Shown piece by piece: positions 30,779 to 40,353 of a DNA stretch of 64,000 bases (its first letter is position 1; each line of letters opens with the position of its first letter). Source of the DNA: Alphaproteobacteria bacterium (lineage in GTDB: Bacteria > Patescibacteriota > Minisyncoccia > Phycocordibacterales > JABAAK01); NCBI GenBank assembly GCA_030054135.1, contig JASGCN010000001.1, positions 18,013-82,012 of the forward strand, in the 5' to 3' direction. Made by a program: the position numbers and the translations under genes. The notes under the pieces are model-generated. The model worked only from the letters and a program-made list of their open reading frames with translations. It ran no database searches and was not told the origin of the DNA.

Positions 30779-32149
30779 ATGTTATATCTTTATTTTTATA
30801 TGTTAAATGACCCTCTTTCGCAAACACCCGTACCACAAAATACAAATGATGAAAAAAAAGAAAAGCGTGTTACCATTGCGTCTGTTATTGCATTGTTGAT
30901 ATTGCTAGGATTAATAGCAATATTTTTTTTCTTTTTTTACAATAAAGATAAAACCAGCCAGCAAATAAATGAAAAAAAAACCGCAGGAACTCTCACCAGT
31001 GGCGAAGTTGTCCCCCAACTTAATCTTGATGATTTGTATAAAAAAACTCCTGACTATATACCTGATGAAGATATAGTATCAACTGCTCCGGATAGATCCC
31101 AAACATCTGCCAAGCCCCCCATCACACTTCCAATACCGCTTGTATTTAAAATATTCGATGGTCCTACCGCAGGATATAAAATACGAGAAGATACGGCTGG
31201 TATTACTCGAATAGACATAGTTGAAGGAGGCAGTGGTACACGATATTCAACACCACTTTTCCCCCCTGCGATATCTCGCGTTGGGGGAGGAGAGGTTACT
31301 CGTGTAAAAAAGGCACATATTTTTGATGCAAACAAAGTTCTTCTTATTTACGAAAATCAAAGTGATGAATTGCAAACAAATTCTGCATTTGTTCCTTTTA
31401 ATACGCTACAATCACAGGGCATAGAATTATTCTTAAAAAATATAAAAGCAACCACTAACAATGCAAATAAACTATTCTATTTACAAAAAACCCCTGACGG
31501 TTCTATTGGTGGTGTCATTGACGCTACTGATGCAAAATCGAAAACAATTATTTGGAAAAATGCAATTACACAATGGAATATACAGTGGGGGAATAATGAT
31601 CTCATTACTATAAAAACCCCACTCAGTGAAACACTAAGTAGTTTTGTATACCGTGCAGATCCAAATGGTATTAAACCGACAAAACGTACCCACGGAAGAG
31701 TATTGGGCACTTCAATTCTTTATCACGACGAACAAAACACTTCTGTGCAAAATTATATTTTAAATAAAAAATTTGTAACTGAAATAAAAACTCCTGAACA
31801 AAGTACTTGGGCGATTGAAACTACATTGCCAGAAAAATGTGCCGGTTACAAAGCTGTTTTTATTTGTGGATTACCCATTTATCTTCCTCAAATAACAAGA
31901 TCTGGGAATCCATTTGTATTCCCAGATTCATGGTATTTAGGAGATGCGACATTTGATGATATTATTATTCTTTTTGATAGTACCACAAAACAAAGATACG
32001 AATTGGTGAACCCAGATTCTACTACAGTTCAAAATCTTACCGATTCTGCACGATTTGATATTGTCGATCCGTACATTTCAAAAAAACTTACATTTTTCTT
32101 TTTCATTAACAATGTGGATCTCTCTTTATGGGCGGTTCGTTTGCAGTAA
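30779..32149 (+). CDS. membrane-anchored extracytoplasmic hypothetical protein (456 aa)
   Basis: N-terminal TM (VTIASVIALLILLGLIAIFFFFF) followed by a large hydrophilic domain. Confidence 0.45.
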   Translation: MLYLYFYMLNDPLSQTPVPQNTNDEKKEKRVTIASVIALLILLGLIAIFFFFFYNKDKTSQQINEKKTAGTLTSGEVVPQLNLDDLYKKTPDYIPDEDIVSTAPDRSQTSAKPPITLPIPLVFKIFDGPTAGYKIREDTAGITRIDIVEGGSGTRYSTPLFPPAISRVGGGEVTRVKKAHIFDANKVLLIYENQSDELQTNSAFVPFNTLQSQGIELFLKNIKATTNNANKLFYLQKTPDGSIGGVIDATDAKSKTIIWKNAITQWNIQWGNNDLITIKTPLSETLSSFVYRADPNGIKPTKRTHGRVLGTSILYHDEQNTSVQNYILNKKFVTEIKTPEQSTWAIETTLPEKCAGYKAVFICGLPIYLPQITRSGNPFVFPDSWYLGDATFDDIIILFDSTTKQRYELVNPDSTTVQNLTDSARFDIVDPYISKKLTFFFFINNVDLSLWAVRLQ

Positions 32150-32845
32150 AGAAAACTTTTTCTTGAAAAGCATATATTGAATAGCAGTGGCTATATTATT
32201 TACTATCCAATATAGCGCAATAACAGCATGAAGAAAGAATGAAATAATTGCTACAACTACTGGCAACACGTATAAAACATTTTTTTTCATCGTAATGGCA
32301 AAGTCTGTCTCACTCGCAGACGGGGGCGTATGTAGCTGCATAACATATGTTGCATACCATTGAGTTACTCCTACAAATAATGCAAGCAAAAAACTTCCTG
32401 CCACATACAAATCAATTGCTCCCAATGAACGCACAAGCGTTTCTGGATTTTTCACAAAAGAATATAAATGAGTCACATCAATTCCTTGTGTGCTTGCGTC
32501 AGTCAACACAAAATAAATTCCTAGATATAGGGGAATTTGTATGATAAGTATGACAATAATTATAAAAGGATTAATTCTATTTTTTCTATATACATCGATA
32601 ATCTGTATTCCTAATTCTTGTTTATTGTCAGCAAATTTTTTTTGCAATGTTACAATTTCCGGTTGAACTCGTGCGAGCATTTGTTGATTGTAATACATTG
32701 AGTATGAAAAAGAATATAGTAATAATTTTATCAGTATTACAAGAACAACTGTTGCTAATACTACAATACCTCCAGTACTATCCAATAAAAATGTATACAC
32801 ATTTGCGATTGGGTTATACACTATGTGTTGATACCATGTGAACAT
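32126..32845 (-). CDS. yidC: membrane protein insertase YidC/Oxa1 (short form)
   Basis: Pattern ...LLYSFSYSMYYNQQMLARVQPEIVTLQKKFADNKQELGIQIIDVYRKNRINPF...QIPLYLGIYFVL typical of YidC. Lies in the conserved rpmH-rnpA-yidC arrangement. Confidence 0.75.
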   Translation of the reverse strand: MFTWYQHIVYNPIANVYTFLLDSTGGIVVLATVVLVILIKLLLYSFSYSMYYNQQMLARVQPEIVTLQKKFADNKQELGIQIIDVYRKNRINPFIIIVILIIQIPLYLGIYFVLTDASTQGIDVTHLYSFVKNPETLVRSLGAIDLYVAGSFLLALFVGVTQWYATYVMQLHTPPSASETDFAITMKKNVLYVLPVVVAIISFFLHAVIALYWIVNNIATAIQYMLFKKKFSLLQTNRP

Positions 32846-32846
32846 A

Positions 32847-33170
32847 CTATGTGGTTAGTATACCTATTTCTATAGATCTTTGCTCGTCCTGGGTTAATCT
32901 TTTTGTACCATAATAATAAAACAAAAATGCATTTTCTTTTATTCCTTTTTTTTGTACACGAATACAAATGTGTCGCAACTGTCTTTTAATTGCATTTCTT
33001 ACTACTGATGTTTTTACACACGATTTGGGGACTATAATAATGCACTTTTTTTCTATGTGAGTATTTTGATACCAATGAACACCTGGTGCTATACACGACT
33101 TTCTTTTAAAATCTTTTTTAAAATCTTCAATAGATGCTTTGTGTTTCATACATATTACTATACTGCCCAA
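32847..33170 (-). CDS. rnpA: ribonuclease P protein component
   Basis: RNR-like motif VVRNAIKRQLRH. ~107-aa basic protein between rpmH and yidC. Confidence 0.7.
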   Translation of the reverse strand: MGSIVICMKHKASIEDFKKDFKRKSCIAPGVHWYQNTHIEKKCIIIVPKSCVKTSVVRNAIKRQLRHICIRVQKKGIKENAFLFYYYGTKRLTQDEQRSIEIGILTT

Positions 33171-33194
33171 ACATCATTACGAAAATCTATAATG

Positions 33195-33320
33195 CTATGC
33201 AGAAAGTTTATTTCTTCCTTTCCTTCTACGAGTACGCAAAATTCTTTTTCCACTTGCCGAAGAGGATCTATGTAAAAAACCATGTTTTCGTGCTCGTTTA
33301 ACTTTTTTTATTTTTGCCAT
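33195..33320 (-). CDS. rpmH: 50S ribosomal protein L34
   Basis: Hand translation of the minus strand gives [41 protein letters not shown] (41 aa), the classic L34 pattern. Absent from the supplied ORF track because it is below the length cutoff. Confidence 0.8.
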   Translation of the reverse strand: MAKIKKVKRARKHGFLHRSSSASGKRILRTRRRKGRNKLSA

Positions 33321-33438
33321 GGTCATACTATAAACTCTTATACACTGTTTTGCAAGTCACAAAAACACTATAAAATAAAAAACATAAAAAATACACAAAA
33401 CAAGTGTCACACAACATAAACATTTTTTTTGTAAAGAT

Positions 33439-33467
33439 TTGCACTTAAAATAAAAAAAACATAATAT
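33439..33467 (+). promoter_or_regulatory. candidate sigma70-type promoter for dnaA (ttgcac - 17 nt - taatat) abutting the annotated start
   Basis: The -35 and -10 like hexamers have 17-nt spacing. The -10 ends 1 nt before ATG 33468, and a second in-frame ATG is at 33474. Confidence 0.3.
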
Positions 33468-34826
33468 ATGGGCATGCAATCTGATATTACAAACATCCAA
33501 GAGTTGTGGCAATCAGTTCTTTCTACTTTTAAAACTCAGCTATCAGAATCTCAATTTAAAACATGGTTTGAAAAAGTACATGCACTTCGTCTTGATGATA
33601 ACAATTGTCTCGTTCTTGGAACTGAAAACAATTTCACTAGAGATTGGATTATGCAAAAATATCAAAAACAAATTGCCAGTGAAGTTGCTAAACGATACGC
33701 ACACATCAAACACATAAAAATAATAACTTCACGCCGAACTGCACCACCTCAAAAGGCACATCAAATTTCTACGCCAAACACAGCGCTCCCTATTGAATCT
33801 ATAGAAAAGAAAAATAATTTAAACCCACGATTCACATTTAAAAATTTTTATGTTGCTCCTTGTAATGAATACGCACACGCAGCAGCGCAAGTAGTTGCTA
33901 CTCGACTAGGTATTGCATACAATCCATGTTTTATTTACGGAGCAAGTGGTTGTGGCAAAACTCACCTCATTCAAGCAATAGGGAATAAAGTTGCTGCTAT
34001 GTATCCCAATATGAATGTTCGATACATCACTGCAGAAGCATTCACAGACGCATACGTGCAAGCATTACGTACAGAAAAAATGCATGAATTTAGAAAAGAA
34101 TACCAAAATACACAACTCCTCATCCTTGACGATGTACATTTTTTTCAGAAAAAAATTCAAACTGCTGTTGAACTTTTTCACCTATTTAACCATCTCCACA
34201 ACAACAATTGGCAAATAGTATTCGCTGCAGATTGTCACCCGAATCTTATTTCCGAGATTGAAGATCGTGTGCGTACTCGTTTTGCCGCAGGAATGATTCT
34301 TGATATTAACTCAATAGACAATGAATCGATGATGCTTATTGCGAAAAAGAAAGCAGAACAGATGGAATTAAATATGGATGCAGAAGTGTTTGAGTATATT
34401 ATTAAACATGTCAATACCAGTGTTCGCGAGCTTGAAGGTGTTTTCAAAAGTCTTGCTCTTTATCAAGAAATACAAAAAAAACCTCTTACTCTTTCTAATG
34501 TGCAACATTTTATTAAAAATAATCTAAAACCACACGCGTCTACAAATCAAAAAGATATTATCGAAAAAATATGTGAATTTTATGAAATATCACCTTCTGC
34601 GATTACCTCCAAATCAAGAAAACAAGAATTTGTACTCGCTCGTCAAATGATTATGTACGTAATGCGTGAATGTCTTGATATTTCTTTTGCAACAATCGGA
34701 GCAAAAATGGGGGGCCGCGACCATACCACCACCATGCACGCATGTGAAAAAATTAAAAAACGATTGACAACTGATAGGGATTTAGTTATCCAGTTAGAAA
34801 AAATAAAACGCCTTCTTAATCTTTAA
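33468..34826 (+). CDS. dnaA: chromosomal replication initiator protein DnaA
   Basis: AAA+ Walker A GASGCGKTHL, Walker B LILDDVHF, and a C-terminal DNA-binding domain of the DnaA signature type. Confidence 0.9.
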   Translation: MGMQSDITNIQELWQSVLSTFKTQLSESQFKTWFEKVHALRLDDNNCLVLGTENNFTRDWIMQKYQKQIASEVAKRYAHIKHIKIITSRRTAPPQKAHQISTPNTALPIESIEKKNNLNPRFTFKNFYVAPCNEYAHAAAQVVATRLGIAYNPCFIYGASGCGKTHLIQAIGNKVAAMYPNMNVRYITAEAFTDAYVQALRTEKMHEFRKEYQNTQLLILDDVHFFQKKIQTAVELFHLFNHLHNNNWQIVFAADCHPNLISEIEDRVRTRFAAGMILDINSIDNESMMLIAKKKAEQMELNMDAEVFEYIIKHVNTSVRELEGVFKSLALYQEIQKKPLTLSNVQHFIKNNLKPHASTNQKDIIEKICEFYEISPSAITSKSRKQEFVLARQMIMYVMRECLDISFATIGAKMGGRDHTTTMHACEKIKKRLTTDRDLVIQLEKIKRLLNL

Positions 34827-35248
34827 TGTTGTCGTGTGTGTATCGTTTAGCAACTGTACTGGTTTACATTGTATTTTTATGTATCCATGAATGTATGTAT
34901 GTACTGTGTATATATATTGTATAACTAACGGTCACAGTGTCTATATTAATAATAAAAAATATGTACATGATCCACTTTTTTACAGTATAGTTTATTTATT
35001 TTTGTATATAAAACTCTTTTTCAACATTGTATAATCGAGATACAGATACGCGACAATACATCCACACTGTCCACCATATTTTTTATTTTTATTGAAAAAA
35101 CATTAATTTTGTTTAAAAGAAAGTTTGCTTTTATAACTTTGTTAATAATTTTTTTATTTTTTTACTTGATATTATTGATTATTATTATACTTTTTAACTT
35201 TATCTACTTATCCACGTATGCTATAGTAATAGTAACTTATATCTATAT
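34827..35248. promoter_or_regulatory. candidate oriC: AT-rich dnaA-dnaN intergenic region with DnaA-box-like 9-mers
   Basis: ttatccacg (35208-35216; 8/9 to TTATCCACA), acatccaca (35058-35066), tgtccacca (35068-35076), tgatccact (34968-34976). A very AT-rich stretch 35085-35200 could be the unwinding element. Confidence 0.6.
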
Positions 35249-36379
35249 ATGTACTTTACAACCAACACAACTTTACTGAAAACAGTTTTAAACACATTAA
35301 TTAAAATTCAATGGAAAGATGTAACACAAACACACGGGACTCCTCTGACGCTTTCCTTTGAGGACGATACCCTAACGTTAAGTGTCGCAAGTTTTGATAT
35401 GAATGCTTCGTACACTATTCCAATAGAAAATAAAGAAAAAAAAGTTGGGAAGGAAGTTGTTCTTTTGGAGGCGTTTCAATCTATTATCGATCCGCTAACA
35501 AATACACAGTGTGTTGTTAAAAGAGAAGACAATGAAATACATATCCAAACACAGGGAAGTAAATCAAGAATAATTATTCCTCATTTTGAAAAAGAACAAG
35601 TGCAACCAAATATTCAAGATCCACAAAAAGGAGAACAATTCGATATTTCAAGAGAAATTTTAATTGAAGGATTGCGTGGAGTGCAAACATCAGCGTCATC
35701 TTCCACCATGAGACCAGAACTTGCTTCTGTGTATATGTATACAAAAAATAGCACAGTCTATTTTGTTGCAACGGATACATTTCAATTATCTGAAATGCGT
35801 TTTTCTGTTGAGGCAAAGAAAGAAATTGAAGTGCTCATTCCTCAAAAAACAGCGCATTCGCTTGTAAAATTGTTTGAAAATCTTATATCTGATAATGTTG
35901 TTATTACAAAAACAAATTATGGTGTGTATTGTGAGTCAGAAGGATGTGTGGTGTACGCGCGAACAACGCAAGGAAACTTTTTTGATTATAAAGCAGCATT
36001 GCCAAAAACATACAATGTTGAAATAGTATTGTTAAAAAGTGATGTAACGAATTTTTTCAAGAAAGCAAGATTATTTGCCGACGGGGTACATAGAGTCTCA
36101 ATTGTCATTGAGGACAAAAAAACTGTTCAATTTGTTTTTAAAAATGATCACATGGGAGAAACAAAAGACATTCTTATTGCGCGAGAAATAACAGGAGACG
36201 GCTCTCCTCGTTCGTATAATTACAAATATATACAATCTGCTCTACAAACAATAAAAGATGACTTCGTTATGTTCCGTTTTGTCATTGGTGGTGGGGGGTC
36301 AATGTGCATTACAGGAGTTTCAAATACAAATTATCTAAGTATAATCGCACCACTTATCGAAACAGACGAATTAAAATAG
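35249..36379 (+). CDS. dnaN: DNA polymerase III beta subunit (sliding clamp)
   Basis: ~376 aa. Directly downstream of dnaA. Three-domain clamp-like length and N-terminal pattern. Assigned mainly from context and size. Confidence 0.7.
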   Translation: MYFTTNTTLLKTVLNTLIKIQWKDVTQTHGTPLTLSFEDDTLTLSVASFDMNASYTIPIENKEKKVGKEVVLLEAFQSIIDPLTNTQCVVKREDNEIHIQTQGSKSRIIIPHFEKEQVQPNIQDPQKGEQFDISREILIEGLRGVQTSASSSTMRPELASVYMYTKNSTVYFVATDTFQLSEMRFSVEAKKEIEVLIPQKTAHSLVKLFENLISDNVVITKTNYGVYCESEGCVVYARTTQGNFFDYKAALPKTYNVEIVLLKSDVTNFFKKARLFADGVHRVSIVIEDKKTVQFVFKNDHMGETKDILIAREITGDGSPRSYNYKYIQSALQTIKDDFVMFRFVIGGGGSMCITGVSNTNYLSIIAPLIETDELK

Positions 36380-36387
36380 TTTGTTAA

Positions 36388-38871
36388 TTAGAGAAGCGGA
36401 TATTTCTCTCGCAGGGTTATATTTTTTATCTTAGTGCGAATGATAACGGTAAGTGTAATGCTTTGACTATTGTCATTAATTACATCTCTTGGGGTAACGG
36501 TAATAACTGGTTGACGAGAGGTCCCAATATGATTTCCATTCATATAATATTCAAAACTTGCAGCTTGGTCTTGTGGTGGATTTGCTATTTGAATGAGTAA
36601 TTGATTATTTCTGTAAATAGATACACCAGCGCGTGGAGAAAAAATGTAGGGGTCTAGCACTAGTGGGGCAACAATACTATCTCCACTTTTGTTTTCTATT
36701 CCTATTGTTTTTTTAAGAAAAGAAATAGTGCCTGTATTATTATTCGCCCAACGGGTAATCGCATACTCCCAATTATTGTATTGAGAATCATCAGTACTAG
36801 TTCCGGGTTCCTTTGGATTTTTCTTTTTTACAAAATGAAGAATTGAATGAGGGGCACCGTCTTCACTCCACCATTTCCCAAGTAGGTGTGGATTAGCGGG
36901 AAGCGGTATAGTCGATGTGCTAAATGCTATTTTTTCTTGATCAAATTTTTCTGTCATATAATCTGAAAGTGGCCGCAGAAGTGGAAGAAGTACAGACCCA
37001 GCAGCAGATTCATGAAGCGGAGTTGCATCACTGTTTCCTCCCCATAGCACAATAATATAACGAGGTGTGTATCCAACTGTCCAGATGTCTTTTATGTTAT
37101 TCGTTGTTCCTGTTTTTATTGCGATCTCTCTTCCCATGTTACTATATACAGAAAGAATTGGTCTGCGCGCAGTTTCATTAGTGAGGATACTATTAACTTT
37201 TTGCACTGCGTCTTCTTCAAATACACGGGTACCTTCATCGACTTCATCTTCATAGAACACTCGAAATTGTTTTACTATTCCATCGTTTGCAAGTGCAGTG
37301 TATGCTTGCGCAAGTTCAAGGGGGGTTACTTCAGCACAACCGATGGCAAGCCCCAATCCACATGAATCGTCCTTTATGCTTGTAATCAAAAGTTGTTTTA
37401 ATTTTGTCACCACTGTTTCAGTGGAAACGAGATACATGACCTTAATGGCAATAATATTAATTGATTGCGCAAGGGCATTGGTAAAATTAATTGGACCTCG
37501 AAATAGGTTACCAAAGTTTGTTGGTGCGTAACATCCTTTTTCTAAATCAGTAGCAAGATTTTCTGGTTCACAATTCGTACCAAATTGTGTTGGCACATCA
37601 AATTCTATTGTTTGTGGGGTGTATCCTTTTTCAAATGCTGCGGCATAAATAAATGGTTTGAGAGTAGACCCGGGTTGTCTAAGGGAATTTGCGATATTAA
37701 CTTGACCCTGTATCTCTTTATTAAAATAATTTGCAGATCCAACCATGGCAAGAACATCTGCAGTTTGTGAATCAAGAATAACAGCAGATATATTTTTTAG
37801 ATTTTGTGTTTCATCTTTCCCCTCAAGAAATCTTTCTATCTGTTGTTGTACATATAGCTGTAAATTATAATCCAGGGTGGTTTTTATTTTTTTACCAGTA
37901 AGAGCCTCAATGCTTCCGTATTCTTTTTCAAGTAATTCACGAACAAAGAATACAAAATGAGGAGCAAAAATAGAAGTTTTTTTAGAACCATAAAAAGACA
38001 CTCGTTCTTGTTCTGCATTTCGGTATTCTTTTTCAGTGATAAATCCCTGTTGAAACATTTTAAATAAAATAATGTTTTTTCTTTTTTCTAATGCGTTAAA
38101 ATTTTTTCCATACGGCGAATAGTATGAAGGGGCATTGGGGATTGCCGCAAGATATGCTGCCTCAGCGATAGTAACGTTGGTTGCGTCTTTTTTGAAAAAA
38201 TCTTGAGATGCTTGTTTTACTCCGTATATAACTCCTCCGTATGAAATAGTGTTAAAATAAATCTCTAGTATTTTATTTTTATCAATATTTTTTTCTAATC
38301 TGTAGGAAAGAATAATTTCTCGTGCTTTGCGCAAGACACTTTTATCTTTTGTGAGAAAAACATTTTTTACCACTTGTTGAGTAATGGTAGACCCTCCTTG
38401 TACAAAACCAAAATTGGTAGCGTTAATAAAAAGTGCTCGTGCAAACGACAGAGGTTTAAAACCTTTGTGTTGATAAAAATCTTTGTCTTCTATTGCGATT
38501 GCAGCATTGATAATATTTTTTGAAATAGAACCGATAGGGGTGTACTCTCGTTGAATATCTGCAGAATAATTAAACAGTTCTTTATCATTTCTGTCAAGAA
38601 GATGTATTGATTGGAGTTCATTTCTACTTCCTAAAAGATCAATGGTGGGAAGTGGGGATAATGTGAGAAACAAAAGAACTATCGCAGATGCGAAAAAAAA
38701 TAATGTGGCCACAAGCATACCCCATTCAACAAGTGAGTATGCTTGTGTCTGTGATCGAGTGTGACGATATAGATGATGTATATATTTTTGATAGGTGCGC
38801 AAATGTTTCATAATAATAGTTACAGTATACCGTAATCTTTTATTACTACATTTGAGAATTATGTATTGCAA
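36388..38871 (-). CDS. class A penicillin-binding protein (bifunctional transglycosylase/transpeptidase)
   Basis: N-terminal TM. GT51 motifs (EDKDFYQHKG, GGSTITQQVVKN). Transpeptidase SxxK (GSTLKP) and KTGT. C-terminal extension. Confidence 0.85.
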   Translation of the reverse strand: MQYIILKCSNKRLRYTVTIIMKHLRTYQKYIHHLYRHTRSQTQAYSLVEWGMLVATLFFFASAIVLLFLTLSPLPTIDLLGSRNELQSIHLLDRNDKELFNYSADIQREYTPIGSISKNIINAAIAIEDKDFYQHKGFKPLSFARALFINATNFGFVQGGSTITQQVVKNVFLTKDKSVLRKAREIILSYRLEKNIDKNKILEIYFNTISYGGVIYGVKQASQDFFKKDATNVTIAEAAYLAAIPNAPSYYSPYGKNFNALEKRKNIILFKMFQQGFITEKEYRNAEQERVSFYGSKKTSIFAPHFVFFVRELLEKEYGSIEALTGKKIKTTLDYNLQLYVQQQIERFLEGKDETQNLKNISAVILDSQTADVLAMVGSANYFNKEIQGQVNIANSLRQPGSTLKPFIYAAAFEKGYTPQTIEFDVPTQFGTNCEPENLATDLEKGCYAPTNFGNLFRGPINFTNALAQSINIIAIKVMYLVSTETVVTKLKQLLITSIKDDSCGLGLAIGCAEVTPLELAQAYTALANDGIVKQFRVFYEDEVDEGTRVFEEDAVQKVNSILTNETARRPILSVYSNMGREIAIKTGTTNNIKDIWTVGYTPRYIIVLWGGNSDATPLHESAAGSVLLPLLRPLSDYMTEKFDQEKIAFSTSTIPLPANPHLLGKWWSEDGAPHSILHFVKKKNPKEPGTSTDDSQYNNWEYAITRWANNNTGTISFLKKTIGIENKSGDSIVAPLVLDPYIFSPRAGVSIYRNNQLLIQIANPPQDQAASFEYYMNGNHIGTSRQPVITVTPRDVINDNSQSITLTVIIRTKIKNITLREKYPLL

Positions 38872-39325
38872 TCGCAGTGAGCGCTATGGCAATAGCGTCA
38901 TACTCGTCATCTAATCTTTTTTTTTCAGGTATTGCAAGTATGTGAGCAACCATAGTGGCTACATTTTTTTTTGAACTATTGCCATATCCGGTAATAGATT
39001 GTTTTACTTCAGCGGGAGTTACTTCAATAAGGGGAAGACGCCTTTCTTCGCTTATGTGGCGAAGTGCTCCACGAACTTCAGCAATGGAAAGTGCTGTTTT
39101 TTTATTTGCACTAAAATATACTTTTTCGAGTGCTATATGTGTTGGATGAAATCTATCTATAAGTATGTGGAGATGTTCTCCAACAAGCGATAGTCTTTTT
39201 TCAAATGGAAGAGATTTTGATGTTACAAAACATTCAGAGTACACATATAAATCTACTCCATGAGTATGGTCAATACAACTGAATCCAGCTCTATCGTATC
39301 CAGGATCTATACCAAGCATGCGCAT
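38846..39325 (-). CDS. ruvC: crossover junction endodeoxyribonuclease RuvC
   Basis: MRMLGIDPGYDRAGFS N-terminus of the RNase-H fold resolvase. Start set 4 nt after the ruvB stop. 3' end overlaps PBP1A by 26 nt. Confidence 0.8.
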   Translation of the reverse strand: MRMLGIDPGYDRAGFSCIDHTHGVDLYVYSECFVTSKSLPFEKRLSLVGEHLHILIDRFHPTHIALEKVYFSANKKTALSIAEVRGALRHISEERRLPLIEVTPAEVKQSITGYGNSSKKNVATMVAHILAIPEKKRLDDEYDAIAIALTAIAIHNSQM

Positions 39326-39329
39326 AGTG

Positions 39330-40307
39330 TTATGTAGATTGTATGTAAGCAATACCTTTGTCAGTAAGTTTTCTTCCTCGAGGGGATCTTTCAATAAAAC
39401 CAAGCTGTAATAAATATGGTTCGTGAACTTCCTCTAATGTTACCTCATCTTCTGAAAGCGCGTGCGCAAGTGTTTGCAATCCTACCGGGCCGTTTTTAAA
39501 TTGTTTATGGATTACTTGAAGAAATTGTCTATCTTCTTCTGTGAGCCCATATTCGTCTATGTTGTGTATGAGCAGTGCTTCAGTTACAACCGCAGGATTA
39601 ATTTTTTTATTGTGCACTTCTGCATAATCACGTACACGTTTCAAAAGATAATTTGCAATACGTGGTGTTGACCGTGAACGAATTGCGAGGGCCTCGGCTG
39701 ATTGTGTGTCCAACGCAACCCCCAATTTTTCTGCAGAGTGCGTAATAATTTTTACAAGTTCTGGGGTAGTATAGTACGCAAGTTTATGTGTTCCTCCAGA
39801 AAAACGTGTGCGTAAGGGATGGGATAGTTTTCCTATTTGAGTAGTCGCAGCAATAATCGTAATGGGAGGCATATTAATACGTACCGATCGTGCAGTAGGG
39901 CCTTTGCCAACCATAATATCAATGCCACCAGACTCCATAATAGGATACAACACTTCTTCTATGTTTTTATTTAAACGGTGTATTTCATCTATAAAAATGA
40001 CACCACCTCCAGTTGCTGCAGAAAATAAAGAAATAACATCACTTGCTTTGTTGAGGGTTGCACCAGAAGCAGTGCGTACAGGAACATTTAACTCCTTACC
40101 AATGAGATGAGCGAGGGTTGTCTTTCCCAATCCTGCGGGGCCATACAAAAGAACGTGTTCCGGTGCTTGATTTCTTTTTTTGGCGGCTTCAATAAGAATG
40201 TATAAATTATTTTTAAGTTCTTCTTGGCCAATATAGAGATCCCATGCGGGTGGGCGTAAAAAAGTATCCAGGGAGTGTTCTCTAAAAGTATGTTTTTCTT
40301 TCTGCAT
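39330..40307 (-). CDS. ruvB: Holliday junction branch-migration helicase RuvB
   Basis: Walker A GPAGLGKTTLA, Walker B IFIDEIHR. C-terminal winged helix. Confidence 0.9.
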   Translation of the reverse strand: MQKEKHTFREHSLDTFLRPPAWDLYIGQEELKNNLYILIEAAKKRNQAPEHVLLYGPAGLGKTTLAHLIGKELNVPVRTASGATLNKASDVISLFSAATGGGVIFIDEIHRLNKNIEEVLYPIMESGGIDIMVGKGPTARSVRINMPPITIIAATTQIGKLSHPLRTRFSGGTHKLAYYTTPELVKIITHSAEKLGVALDTQSAEALAIRSRSTPRIANYLLKRVRDYAEVHNKKINPAVVTEALLIHNIDEYGLTEEDRQFLQVIHKQFKNGPVGLQTLAHALSEDEVTLEEVHEPYLLQLGFIERSPRGRKLTDKGIAYIQST

Positions 40308-40353
40308 ATCTCTATAGTACCTGAAAAGAAACTTGCAAATAAATCAGTTACTC

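Noticed and set aside
33057-33275. 72-aa plus-strand ORF
   Set aside because: It is antisense to rnpA and rpmH, which are strongly supported.
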